A stretch of DNA of 35,365 nt from Snowella sp. Its GTDB lineage: Bacteria; Cyanobacteriota; Cyanobacteriia; Cyanobacteriales; Microcystaceae. Below the pieces are notes generated by a model. That model saw only the letters and a list, made by a program, of their open reading frames with translations, was not told where the DNA came from and ran no database searches. How positions within the stretch are numbered: position 1 is the first letter of the stretch; each line of letters starts with the position of its first letter. Positions 1 to 9,433 of the stretch are shown piece after piece. The DNA is taken from assembly GCA_035285545.1 (NCBI GenBank), contig JAYKGY010000075.1:1-35365 (forward strand). The letters run 5' to 3'. Made by a program: the position numbers and the translations under genes.

Positions 1-1
1 T

Positions 2-67
2 ACCCATACCCAAAACCAAGGCTATTCTCCTAACCAGGAAGAACTCAATGAGATACTTAGTCTTTGA
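2..67 (+). CDS. 3' end of a probable antitoxin for the downstream YoeB toxin (partial, runs off the window edge)
   Basis: Frame from position 2 reads THTQNQGYSPNQEELNEILSL* (TGA 65-67). It overlaps the toxin start by 20 nt, as is typical of type II TA pairs. Confidence 0.6.
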   Translation, partial: THTQNQGYSPNQEELNEILSL

Positions 68-311
68 AGGTAACACTTGGGAAATTTACGAAGAACTCAG
101 ACAGAAAGACAAAATTCTGCATAAAAACCTTTGTAAACTCATCAAAGAAATGCTGAGAGAAGATCCCGCCAAAGGAACAGGTAAACCTGAACCCTTAAAA
201 CATAACTTATCAGGTTTGTGGTCAAGAAGACTTTCTCAAAAAGATCGCCTAATTTACAAATTTGATGATAAATATGTTTATATTTTTGCCATAGGTGGTC
301 ATTATGATTAA
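48..311 (+). CDS. yoeB: Txe/YoeB family toxin (RelE superfamily mRNA interferase)
   Basis: 87 aa with GTGKPEPLKHNLSGLWSRRLSQKDRLIY and C-terminal GGHY, the YoeB signature. Confidence 0.9.
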   Translation: MRYLVFEGNTWEIYEELRQKDKILHKNLCKLIKEMLREDPAKGTGKPEPLKHNLSGLWSRRLSQKDRLIYKFDDKYVYIFAIGGHYD

Positions 312-336
312 GTTAAACAAAGCGCGATCGCCGACT

Positions 337-1881
337 TCAGGATTTGGGATCTAACTTCAGAGGCTTAGGCGGATGATACACCCGACGACCGTAGAGTTCT
401 GTGATCCAGCCTAAATGCCCTGTAATCCAATCATTTAAATATTCTTCCTGATAACGCCAGCCCCAATTCCCATCAGCTTTACCCGGTAAATTCATACGAG
501 ATTCCGTCCCCAACCCGAAAATATCCTGCAACGGGAAAATGGCTGTATTGGCGACTGCTCCCATAGCAAGGCGAATTAAAGACCAGTGGATACCCTCATT
601 ACAAACGCACCCTAAATAATCGGTCACCCGTTTTTGCTCTTCCGGCGATCGCGCAGTAAACCAACCAACCGTCGTATCGTTATCATGGGTTCCCGTATAA
701 ACCAAAGACTTCCGATTAACGTAATTAAAAGGCAAAAAAGGATTTGCTCGATCTGAATCAAAGGCAAAATGCAAAATTTTCATCCCAGGAAAGCCGAAAT
801 CGTCCCGTAACGCTTCCACACTTGGTGTAATTACCCCTAAATCTTCGGCAACAATGGGTAAATTGCCCCCTAAACTTTCCTGAAGGGTAGTTAAAAAGGC
901 TCGACCCGGTGCATCAACCCAATCCCCATTAACGGCAGTTTTTTCTCCCTGGGGCACAGCCCAAAACGCATCAAACCCGCGAAAGTGATCGATCCGAACA
1001 ATATCCACATATTGAAAAATTGCCTTAAATCGTTGTATCCACCAGGCAAAATTGGTTTCGGCTAATTTATCCCAGTTATAGACAGGATTTCCCCATAGTT
1101 GCCCAGTTTCACTAAAATAATCGGGTGGCACTCCGGCCATTAAAGCCGCCTCTCCCGTTTCTTCATCGAGGCAGAAAATATCAGGATTGGCCCAAACATC
1201 CGAGCTATCGTGGGCGACATAGATAGGAATATCCCCGAAAATCTCTACGTCTTTTTCGTTAGCATAGGTTTTTAAGCTTACCCATTGCCGAAAGACAATA
1301 AACTGCAAAAATTGATGATAAAAAATGGTGTCTTTAAGCCGTTCTTTCCAAGCCGCGATCGCGTCCGGTTTGCGTTTGACTAGATCTGTTTCCCAGGTAT
1401 TCCAACTAGCCCCGGAATGGACTTCTTTTAAGGCCATAAAGAGGGCATAATCGTCTAGCCAATAGGCTTGTGCCTGACAAAACTCGGTAAAATCTACCGT
1501 TAATTTTTGAGGTTGAGTCTTTTTAAACGCATCGCAAGCTTTTTTAAAAAGGGGAAATTTAAATTGTTTAACCCCTTCAAAATCCACCGTATCTAAGGGG
1601 AAAACGGGGACATTTTCTAGGTCTGTGGCGGATAAAAGTCCCTCTTCCACTAACTTTTCAAGACTAATTAACAACGGATTGACTGCCAGAGCCGAATAAC
1701 AGAGATAGGGAGAATTACCATAGCCCGTCGGGCCGAGGGGCAAAATTTGCCAAATACTTTGATGACTAGCCGCCAAAAAATCAACAAACCGATAAGCCGC
1801 ATCCCCTAGATCCCCGATCCCAAAGCGACCGGGAAGAGACGTTGGATGTAATAAAATTCCGCTGGAGCGTTTATCTAACAT
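337..1881 (-). CDS. malQ: 4-alpha-glucanotransferase (amylomaltase, GH77)
   Basis: RSSGILLHPTSLPG, WQILPLGP, GDIPIYVAHDS, RIDHFRGF, AEDLG and YTGTHDNDT motifs. Confidence 0.96.
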   Translation of the reverse strand: MLDKRSSGILLHPTSLPGRFGIGDLGDAAYRFVDFLAASHQSIWQILPLGPTGYGNSPYLCYSALAVNPLLISLEKLVEEGLLSATDLENVPVFPLDTVDFEGVKQFKFPLFKKACDAFKKTQPQKLTVDFTEFCQAQAYWLDDYALFMALKEVHSGASWNTWETDLVKRKPDAIAAWKERLKDTIFYHQFLQFIVFRQWVSLKTYANEKDVEIFGDIPIYVAHDSSDVWANPDIFCLDEETGEAALMAGVPPDYFSETGQLWGNPVYNWDKLAETNFAWWIQRFKAIFQYVDIVRIDHFRGFDAFWAVPQGEKTAVNGDWVDAPGRAFLTTLQESLGGNLPIVAEDLGVITPSVEALRDDFGFPGMKILHFAFDSDRANPFLPFNYVNRKSLVYTGTHDNDTTVGWFTARSPEEQKRVTDYLGCVCNEGIHWSLIRLAMGAVANTAIFPLQDIFGLGTESRMNLPGKADGNWGWRYQEEYLNDWITGHLGWITELYGRRVYHPPKPLKLDPKS

Positions 1882-2031
1882 GATTAATTCACATCCCTAA
1901 GAGTTGGGCATCCTGTAAAAACGATGGGCGGCCTATCTTGTCCTTTTTCCGCCTTTTTCCATAGTATTGTAGGTATGTGGCTTTGGATCAAAATACCGGA
2001 TTTCGGCGAGCAAATTTAGGGTAGATGATTT

Positions 2032-2364
2032 ATGGGTGCGATTGATCAACCAAGTTATGGGGTTGTTTGGGTAACGGCATCGTCTCAGGATGAAGCCCAG
2101 GCGATCGCGACAATCTTAATCGAAGAACAGTTAGCGGCTTGCGTCAATATTTTTCCCGTTCAGTCTATCTATCGTTGGCAGGGCGAGATACAACGGGAAC
2201 CGGAATGGCAATTAGTGATTAAAACAGATCTAGCGCGGTTTGAAATTTTATCAGCAAAAATTCAAGCAATTCACTCCTATGAAGTGCCTGAAATAATTGC
2301 TCTACCAATTACCGCCGGTTCTGAAGCTTATTTAGCCTGGTTGGGAGCAAGTATCACTGCTTAA
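2032..2364 (+). CDS. cutA: Divalent-cation tolerance protein CutA
   Basis: LAACVNI, SIYRWQG and HSYEVPEIIALPI motifs. Confidence 0.93.
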   Translation: MGAIDQPSYGVVWVTASSQDEAQAIATILIEEQLAACVNIFPVQSIYRWQGEIQREPEWQLVIKTDLARFEILSAKIQAIHSYEVPEIIALPITAGSEAYLAWLGASITA

Positions 2365-2368
2365 GTAG

Positions 2369-2632
2369 TTAAAGGCACAACCGACAACCCTTAACCTTCC
2401 AAGTCGTGTACTTCAGACATTCCCAATCCTCTTCATCAACGATAGGATTAACAATATCTCCCAAAATTTCAAGCTCACCCGCTTCTGGAATAGGAAAAGT
2501 TCGGTATTAAATTGGTTTTTCTTGTGGCTCATTTAAGACTGTCACAATCAAACGAGCATGATTAACCTCTGGTCTTTCTCCCAACCATTGAATTTGACCA
2601 TTTTCATAGATCGCTTCATAACTTTTTAACAT
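2369..2632 (-). pseudogene. Disrupted small antitoxin-like gene (AF2212/DUF104-like); partner toxin apparently lost
   Basis: Not in the ORF track. Reads MLKSYEAIYENGQIQWLGERPEVNHARLIVTVLNEPQEKPI*YRTFPIPEAGELEILGDIVNPIVDEEDWECLK..., with an in-frame TAA at 2509-2507. The EAIYENG motif and the GDIVxPIVDEEDW tail are typical of these antitoxins. Confidence 0.65.
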
Positions 2633-2674
2633 TGCTTTGACTCCTATAAATTTTAGATTGAAAAAGCATGGAAA

Positions 2675-2887
2675 TTAAGAAAATTTGATGTTAGCTTGCT
2701 TTTCAATAGATTTGAGCGTACCTAAAGGAATAATTTGGTTACTATGAATAGGTACGATTGTTGTTAATCGGGTTTCAGGATTGAATAACTTCAGATGAGA
2801 GCCAGTTTGTTTAACTTCAACAAAACCTGCTTCTTTAAGTTGCTTGATCACCTCTTTAGCCGTCAATCTAGGAGATTTTTTAGACAT
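2675..2887 (-). CDS. hicA: HicA family toxin (mRNA interferase)
   Basis: 70 aa basic protein with GF..QTGSHLKL..IVPIH..IPLGTLKSIEKQA; the conserved GSH is intact. Confidence 0.9.
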   Translation of the reverse strand: MSKKSPRLTAKEVIKQLKEAGFVEVKQTGSHLKLFNPETRLTTIVPIHSNQIIPLGTLKSIEKQANIKFS

Positions 2888-2896
2888 TATTAAATC

Positions 2897-3106
2897 CTAG
2901 AGAACTAATTGAACAATTTCTTTTGTGTTTGTTAGTTCCAATAGATGATCAGGAATAGGTTCTAACATTAAAGCGATCGCATCTTTTAAATTTTCAATAG
3001 CGGTTTCTTTGGTTTCTCCAAAAGAAGAGACAAAATTAAGTTCAGGACAAGTCGCAGAGAAAGAATTTGCCTCATCGTCCCACTCTAAAATAACTCGAAC
3101 ATTCAT
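2897..3106 (-). CDS. hicB: HicB family antitoxin, short form without a DNA-binding domain
   Basis: 69 aa with ATCPEL..VSSFGETKETAIENLKDAIAL. Ends 9 nt upstream of hicA; RBS AGGAGG at about 3114-3119. Confidence 0.88.
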   Translation of the reverse strand: MNVRVILEWDDEANSFSATCPELNFVSSFGETKETAIENLKDAIALMLEPIPDHLLELTNTKEIVQLVL

Positions 3107-3128
3107 CAGTTTTCCTCCTGTAAAGAAA

Positions 3129-3862
3129 CTATTTTTTTGTTGATATAAATTGGGCGATTAATTTATAAAAGTCTGATTCAATTTCAAAAACCTCCGTAAC
3201 TTCTACAAAAGCCCAACGGCCATAAATACCCAAATTATTTACCCCCGAAATCCCATAATTTCGCATGGTATTTGCCTTATCCTTCGCATTTTCTCCTCGA
3301 TAACCTTTAATTTCTACAATTAAATTTAAAGGGTCAAAGTGCCCATCATTAATTTACACAATAAAATCGGGAATAACGCATCACCCGATTCTAGCTGTTT
3401 ACTATCGATCAACAACGTTCTCGGACGGGATAGGCGATCGCCTAGATCATCATAATTACAGAACAATTTCAGAATAGCAGTCTCTACTGCCTCCAACTGA
3501 CAGAAAAAAGGACGAAAACTATTAGATTGATGGTGTTGCCAATCGGTCAATAAAGCTTTGGTGATCGGAGTGACTTTCCAGTTGTTGTTCTCAGGTAAAT
3601 TGCGCCATTGATTTACTTTGTCCCGAATACTATTGATAAATAACGATAATTCGCCATTTTTAGAATGGGTATCAAATACATCTAGAGTTTGTTGAACTGC
3701 CTTTTGCTTGCGAGACTGGGGAATGGGCGTAAGAAAGTTTGCAGGTCGTCGTTGATCAATAATTTTCTGAGTTGGCAACCCATTCTTATCCAGTTCCCAA
3801 TGTTTCGTTGGGCGACCATAAGGAGAATTTAAGATGAGTTTCTCAAAAAATTGCTCAGACAT
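3129..3862 (-). pseudogene. Remnant of a type III restriction enzyme Res subunit, with internal deletions, a frameshift and a stop
   Basis: Three segments: (1) N-terminal ILNSPYGRPTKHWELD...RPFFCQLEAVETAI; (2) a mid-gene piece RPRTLLIDSKQLESGDAL; (3) in another frame, IPDFIV*INDGHFDPLNLIVEIKGYRGENAKDKA...GVNNLGIYGRWAF, the PD-(D/E)xK C-terminus, ending TAG at 3131-3129. The helicase core is missing. Confidence 0.8.
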
Positions 3863-4038
3863 AGACCAAAATAGCTAAATTTTAGAAGAACATACATTTA
3901 AGATTTTCACTTAAAAAACATCTTAATTCCGAGTCTGTTAAACTTTCTAAAAATTTTGTAACTAAATTCGTTGCTGATCCCCTTTGAGTCCGCGCGTCAA
4001 TAGGAGCTTTTTTATGAGGCTCAAAAGCTAAAAACTGC

Positions 4039-4743
4039 TTAATTTTCGACTCCCCTCTCTAAATAGCGGAATGGGGGAAGAAATGGCTTGAGTAACTGTT
4101 TCACTTGTTGGCGAATGGGATCGGTGTCGAGTAAATGGGCTAGGGCACGATGATAGTCCGCGATCGCGCAGTTCCAATCTCCCCGTAAATAGTAGGTATA
4201 ACCCCGTTCTGCATAAATTCGTCCTCGCCAAGCAGATTTGAGACGAAGGGCTAAATCTAAATTTTCAATGGCGGCATCGTATTGTCCCGATTTGCGTAAC
4301 AGAATGCCTAAATTAATTCTGACGGAACCGTTATAGGGGTTGAGGTCAATCACCCGTTCATAGTCTGCTAGGGCGTTCAGCCAATTGCCTTGGAGTGCGT
4401 AACAATTCCCCCGATTATTATAGGCTTCTGCAAATCGAGAATTGAGTAAAATGGCGTGATTGTAGTCCTGAATGGCAGAAAATAATTGACCTTGGCGAAA
4501 ATAGAGTAATCCTCGATAGTTGTAGTCCGTCGCACTTTCGGGATAGCGAGTTAACCACAAATTCAAGAGCGCGATCGCCGTTGCATACTTTTCTTGCTTA
4601 GCATTAATTTGAATCGCTAATCGGAGTTGAGCATCAGGTAAGGTGGCCCAATCATCATTGACAATTGGTGTATCCCCGTTATGGATGGCGAGGGAATGGG
4701 ATTCCGTCTGATTAGCTCGGTTGTGCTGCGAGAAAAATTGCAT
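4039..4743 (-). CDS. Tetratricopeptide repeat protein
   Basis: Several TPR units (YNYRGLLY, AYNNRGNCY, YAERGYTYY..AIADY). Confidence 0.85.
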   Translation of the reverse strand: MQFFSQHNRANQTESHSLAIHNGDTPIVNDDWATLPDAQLRLAIQINAKQEKYATAIALLNLWLTRYPESATDYNYRGLLYFRQGQLFSAIQDYNHAILLNSRFAEAYNNRGNCYALQGNWLNALADYERVIDLNPYNGSVRINLGILLRKSGQYDAAIENLDLALRLKSAWRGRIYAERGYTYYLRGDWNCAIADYHRALAHLLDTDPIRQQVKQLLKPFLPPFRYLERGVEN

Positions 4744-4974
4744 CGTCTTTCAGGAAAAGAAACTAACCTTACTGTAATCCGTTAGCTCAGGCTTTTGGAA
4801 GAAAGCTTGTGTCAATCCTTGAATTGGCTCCCTCCCAAGCGATTGTTATCCTGCTTTTGAGGAAACCGGATCTAAATTTTCTTGGCCCATTAGGATAATG
4901 ACGCTAGCGCACTGCTAAAATTTGGCAAGACAGCGATCGCCGCTCCTAACCGCCCAATTGTTTTTCCCCTTCCT

Positions 4975-5439
4975 ATGACAACCGCTCCTGTATTCTCCAA
5001 TGCGCCTGATATTACGGGTCATGATTATTGCGTAATAGGACTCTCCACCTGTTTTATTAAAGACGATGGAGAATTTCACCAAGTCAACGTCCTAGAGCCG
5101 ATTCCCTCCGCTGCCTTAGAAGCGATCCTCAAAGGGGTTCCCACTTCATTCCAATGGGCAAGAGCCATGACTGTTGGTGAGGTAATTGTCGATGATCAGC
5201 CCTCTAAATCGGCCTATTTTCCCGAATCAGCCCAATTCTGTGATAATTTTGTGGAAAGAATTGTAGCAACGATTCGGACTTATAAAAGTCGTCCCCAAGC
5301 CCAAGTTCATATCCCGCTAGGTTCGGTTCGGGAAGATCTAAATTACTCCTTAGAACGGAAACGGGTGTTAAACGCGACCAATATCGTCCGCGCAGAAGAT
5401 AACGTTAAACAGCATCCCCATACTCATCAGGTTCTTTAA
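4975..5439 (+). CDS. Conserved cyanobacterial-type hypothetical protein
   Basis: 154-aa ORF with a plausible composition, ending 17 nt before GST. No function recognised. Confidence 0.7.
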   Translation: MTTAPVFSNAPDITGHDYCVIGLSTCFIKDDGEFHQVNVLEPIPSAALEAILKGVPTSFQWARAMTVGEVIVDDQPSKSAYFPESAQFCDNFVERIVATIRTYKSRPQAQVHIPLGSVREDLNYSLERKRVLNATNIVRAEDNVKQHPHTHQVL

Positions 5440-5456
5440 TTCTTGGAAAGGTTATT

Positions 5457-6017
5457 ATGTTAAAGCTTTATGGCGCACCCCAAAGCCGAGCCGCTATCGT
5501 CCAGTGGTATTTAGAAGAAATCGGCGTTCCCTATGAGTTTGTACTGTTAGATCTGAAAAATGGAGAACATCGCCAGCCGGACTATCTGGGCATCAACCCC
5601 TTTGGTAAAGTTCCCGCCATCACGGAAGGAGATTTTCAACTCTGGGAATCGGGGGCGATTTTGCTCTACTTATCAGAAAAATATGACCAAGCTCCAGTTT
5701 CTGTAGAAGAGAAAAGTACCCTGATTCAATGGGTGATTTTTGGAAATTCAACCCTGGCAAATGGTTTGTTTTTGGAAGCGGTACGGGAAAAGGAAATGCC
5801 CCGTTTATTAACGCCCTTAAATTCTTTGTTAGCGCAGCAACCCTTTTTAATCGGCGATCGCTTTACGGTGGCGGATGTGGCAGTGGGATCGTTGTTGGCC
5901 TATGTTCCCATTATGCTGAAATTGAATTTTGATGATTATCCGGCTGTAGCAGATTACCTGAAACGGTTAACGGAACGTCCGGCTTTCCAAAACACCATTG
6001 GCAAACGGCCTAGTTAA
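5457..6017 (+). CDS. Glutathione S-transferase family protein
   Basis: SRA..WYLEE, INPFGKVPAI, LWESGAILLYL and FTVADV motifs. Confidence 0.93.
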   Translation: MLKLYGAPQSRAAIVQWYLEEIGVPYEFVLLDLKNGEHRQPDYLGINPFGKVPAITEGDFQLWESGAILLYLSEKYDQAPVSVEEKSTLIQWVIFGNSTLANGLFLEAVREKEMPRLLTPLNSLLAQQPFLIGDRFTVADVAVGSLLAYVPIMLKLNFDDYPAVADYLKRLTERPAFQNTIGKRPS

Positions 6018-6334
6018 TTCTTGAATCATTTAACAGTTAAGGGAGATAATAGACTGATTATCGATTCATCTCCTCTAAAATAAAATAAGCTTTTTGATAT
6101 CTTTGCGCGTGATCGGGTGTTTGTTATCGATTAATGACGACTAATGACAGCGATCGCGTCACCCCAGCAAGCAACTTTTAATCCTAAATTACGTCTCATT
6201 TCCATAAAATAACATTTTTATTTCAGCAGATTTTTTAAAAAAAGAAATTACACTTTTAGAGTGATTTTGAAGATGTTATCTGAATTTCGCTAAATCATTG
6301 ATTTCTAGAGGATGACGAAGTTAACTCGTTTACA

Positions 6335-7270
6335 TTGTTCATGAAAACCCCTATCGTTTTTATTATCTTTCGTCGTCCTGACACCACTCGAAAAGTTTTT
6401 GAGAAGATTCGTCAAGTTAAACCCCCTAAACTGTTTATCATTTCCGACGCTCCCCGTCCCGATAAACCAGGAGAAGCAGAAAAATGTGAACAAGCTCGTG
6501 CCATCATTGACACCATTGATTGGGATTGTGAAGTTTATAAAAACTATGCTGAGGTTAATTTAGGCTCCTATCAACGCATTCCGTCAGGCTTAGACTGGGT
6601 GTTTAGTCAAGTTGATGAAGCCATTATTTTAGAAGATGACTGTCTACCGGAAATCAGCTTCTTTCAGTACTGCGAAGAATTGTTGGACTATTATCGCCAT
6701 GACACAAGAATTATGGCAATTTCGGGAGATAACTTCCAATTTGGGCAACAAAGAACCCCAGACAGCTATTATTTTTCTCGCTATACCCATTCCTGGGGGT
6801 GGGCGACTTGGAAACGAGCCTGGCAATATTTTGATCTAGAAATGAAAGTTTGGCCACAAGTTCGAGAACAAAAGCTGTTAAAACTGATTCTGGAGAATGA
6901 CAGAGATGCCCGCTATTGGGAGTGGATTTTACAATTAACCTACGAATCTAAAATTAAAGCCTGGGATTACCGATGGACATTCGCCACTTGGTTACAAAAT
7001 GGACTCACGATTTTACCGAGTGTCAACCTGATTAGTAATATTGGCTTTGGAGCCGATGCAACCCATACCGTTAGCATTAAAAATCCTTGGATTAATTTAC
7101 CGACTCAGAAAATGAATTTTCCCTTACACCATCCTCAATTGATGATTCGAGATCGTATTGCGGATGACTTCACCCAATCAACCATGTTTAATCCTAGCTT
7201 AAAATTCCGTATCCAAAGAAAAATTCCCCTATTCGCCAATATTTTTAAGTCAATTAACAAAGTGAAATAA
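6335..7270 (+). CDS. GT-A fold (family 2-like) glycosyltransferase; start probably at 6341
   Basis: FIIFRRPDTT, SDAPR, AIILEDDC, ISGDNF, WGWATWKRAW and NIGFGADATHT motifs. Confidence 0.85.
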   Translation: MFMKTPIVFIIFRRPDTTRKVFEKIRQVKPPKLFIISDAPRPDKPGEAEKCEQARAIIDTIDWDCEVYKNYAEVNLGSYQRIPSGLDWVFSQVDEAIILEDDCLPEISFFQYCEELLDYYRHDTRIMAISGDNFQFGQQRTPDSYYFSRYTHSWGWATWKRAWQYFDLEMKVWPQVREQKLLKLILENDRDARYWEWILQLTYESKIKAWDYRWTFATWLQNGLTILPSVNLISNIGFGADATHTVSIKNPWINLPTQKMNFPLHHPQLMIRDRIADDFTQSTMFNPSLKFRIQRKIPLFANIFKSINKVK

Positions 7271-7285
7271 AGGAGTTAGAAAATA

Positions 7286-8131
7286 ATGATTGAATTAACG
7301 GAATTAAATGATCCCTCTATAGCAGAACCAGAAATCAAGAAAATTGAACAAGAAATTTCCAGATTATTATCCCAATATTCCAACAACAATTCTCCCTCCT
7401 TAGAACAGTTATGGAAAATGATGGATTCGGTTTGGGATGAACTGGGCTGTGATAATCAAAAAATCGAAATTGAAAAAATCAATCAGTTTTATCAACATCC
7501 GGTTTGGACTTTAAATGGCTTATTTATTGAGAAAGATGAGGCTTCTCTCCTTAACCGCCAATTAATCTGTGATTGGATTGGAAAACATGAAGCGGAGATC
7601 AAGACGATTATCGATTATGGGGCTGGCATGGGATCACTAGCCAAGCTAATTACGATGAACTTTCCCAACTTGTCTATTAATTTATATGAACCGTATCCAA
7701 GCCAAATCGTTGTAGCCCGCCTAAGTTCTTATTCTAATATTCATTTTGTGAATCAATTAAATGACCAGCTTTATGATTGTTTAATTAGCACAGATGTTTT
7801 AGAACACATTCCCGATCCCCTCCCTTTTCTAGCAGAAATGATTGATCACGTTAGACCGGATGGATATCTGATTATTGCTAATTGTTTTTATCCGGTTATA
7901 AAATGTCATCTTCCTTGTACCTTTCATCTAAGATATACCTTTGATGTTTTTACTCGAATTATGGGGCTAAAAAAAATAGAAAATTTGTCTGAAAACTATA
8001 TAGATGTTTATCAAAAAACTAAAAATGTTACTTTTAATTGGCGATTAATTCGCTTTTTGGAAAAAAAATCTCAAGTTTTATACCGATTTATTGAAATCAT
8101 TCGTACCCTATATCATCAAGCAAAATATTGA
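7286..8131 (+). CDS. Class I SAM-dependent methyltransferase, probably glycan-modifying
   Basis: IIDYGAGMG motif I and DVLEHIPDP. Lies between two glycosyltransferases; RBS AAGGAG upstream. Confidence 0.85.
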   Translation: MIELTELNDPSIAEPEIKKIEQEISRLLSQYSNNNSPSLEQLWKMMDSVWDELGCDNQKIEIEKINQFYQHPVWTLNGLFIEKDEASLLNRQLICDWIGKHEAEIKTIIDYGAGMGSLAKLITMNFPNLSINLYEPYPSQIVVARLSSYSNIHFVNQLNDQLYDCLISTDVLEHIPDPLPFLAEMIDHVRPDGYLIIANCFYPVIKCHLPCTFHLRYTFDVFTRIMGLKKIENLSENYIDVYQKTKNVTFNWRLIRFLEKKSQVLYRFIEIIRTLYHQAKY

Positions 8132-8154
8132 ATTCTATCAAGAGATCTTAACCT

Positions 8155-9405
8155 ATGAAAGTTGTAATCCTGAGTAATGATGATTTGAAATGGGGGGCGG
8201 GTAAAGCGGCCTATCGCCTCCATCAAGGATTACAAAAACATCCCATTAATTCCCATTTCTTAGTACAAAATAAACTCAGTGATGATGATACTGTTATTGC
8301 CCCCAAAAAAGCACTGGGAAAAGCAATGGCAAAAATTCGACCAACCCTCAATTCTTTGCCGCTCCAATTATTCTATCCCGAAGCCAATTCCAGTATGTAT
8401 TGCACCCAATGGCTACCGGATACGATCTCGAAAACGGTGGCTCAGTTCTCCCCTGATCTGATTAATCTTCATAACATTACCTTGGGTTATGTTCAAATCG
8501 AAACTTTAGCCAGGTTTAAATGTCCGTTAGTTTGGACGCTTCATGATATGTGGACGTTTACGGGGGGATGTCATTACAGCAATGGCTGCGATCGCTATCA
8601 AAACCAGTGTGGAGCTTGTCCTCAATTGTATAGCCAGCGAGAAAAAGACTTATCCCGTTGGATTTGGCAGCGCAAAGCGAAATCGTGGAAAAATCTGAAT
8701 CTAACGATCGTTGCCCTTAGTCATTGGATGGCAGACTGTATCCAGCGGAGTTCTTTATTGAAGGATTTTCCCCTCGAAATTATCCCCAATGGTTTGGATT
8801 TAGAACGTTTTAAACCCATTGATAAGCCCTTAGCCAGACAGCTATTAAATTTACCCCAAGATAAACCCCTTATTCTTTTTGGTGCAATGAATGCCACACT
8901 CGATCCGCGCAAAGGTGCTCATCTCCTCTATCCGGCTATTCAAAAGCTGAATCAAGCTCAGGGACAGGATAATATTCAACTTGTTATTTTTGGGGCAACC
9001 CGACCGACCGAAGCCATCGAGTTTGGTTATCCGACGTATTATTTAGGCAGATTAAACGACGATATTGCTTTATCCTTGGCCTATTCTGCTGCTGATGTTT
9101 TTATTGCTCCCTCCCAAGAAGATAATCTTCCGAATACGGTTTTAGAAGCCTTGGCCTGTGGAACACCCTGCGTTGCCTTTAAAATCGGTGGGATACCAGA
9201 TTTGATAGAACATCAAAAAAACGGTTATCTCGCCCAACCCTTTGAAATTGAAGATTTAACCCGTGGAATTGACTGGGTACTCAAAACGGTTCAATCCTCT
9301 CCTCACTTAAGCCTGCAAGCGAGGCAAAAAGTAGAAACCCAATTTAATCAATTACTCCAAGTCAACCGCTATCATTCCCTATTTAAAAAGCTAATTCAAT
9401 CTTAA
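8155..9405 (+). CDS. Glycosyltransferase family 4
   Basis: GAGKAAYRLH, WTLHDMW, IIPNG, DNLPNTVLEALACGTP and GGIPDLI motifs. Confidence 0.92.
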   Translation: MKVVILSNDDLKWGAGKAAYRLHQGLQKHPINSHFLVQNKLSDDDTVIAPKKALGKAMAKIRPTLNSLPLQLFYPEANSSMYCTQWLPDTISKTVAQFSPDLINLHNITLGYVQIETLARFKCPLVWTLHDMWTFTGGCHYSNGCDRYQNQCGACPQLYSQREKDLSRWIWQRKAKSWKNLNLTIVALSHWMADCIQRSSLLKDFPLEIIPNGLDLERFKPIDKPLARQLLNLPQDKPLILFGAMNATLDPRKGAHLLYPAIQKLNQAQGQDNIQLVIFGATRPTEAIEFGYPTYYLGRLNDDIALSLAYSAADVFIAPSQEDNLPNTVLEALACGTPCVAFKIGGIPDLIEHQKNGYLAQPFEIEDLTRGIDWVLKTVQSSPHLSLQARQKVETQFNQLLQVNRYHSLFKKLIQS

Positions 9406-9433
9406 TGTTATCCCGATTATTTCAATATGATTT

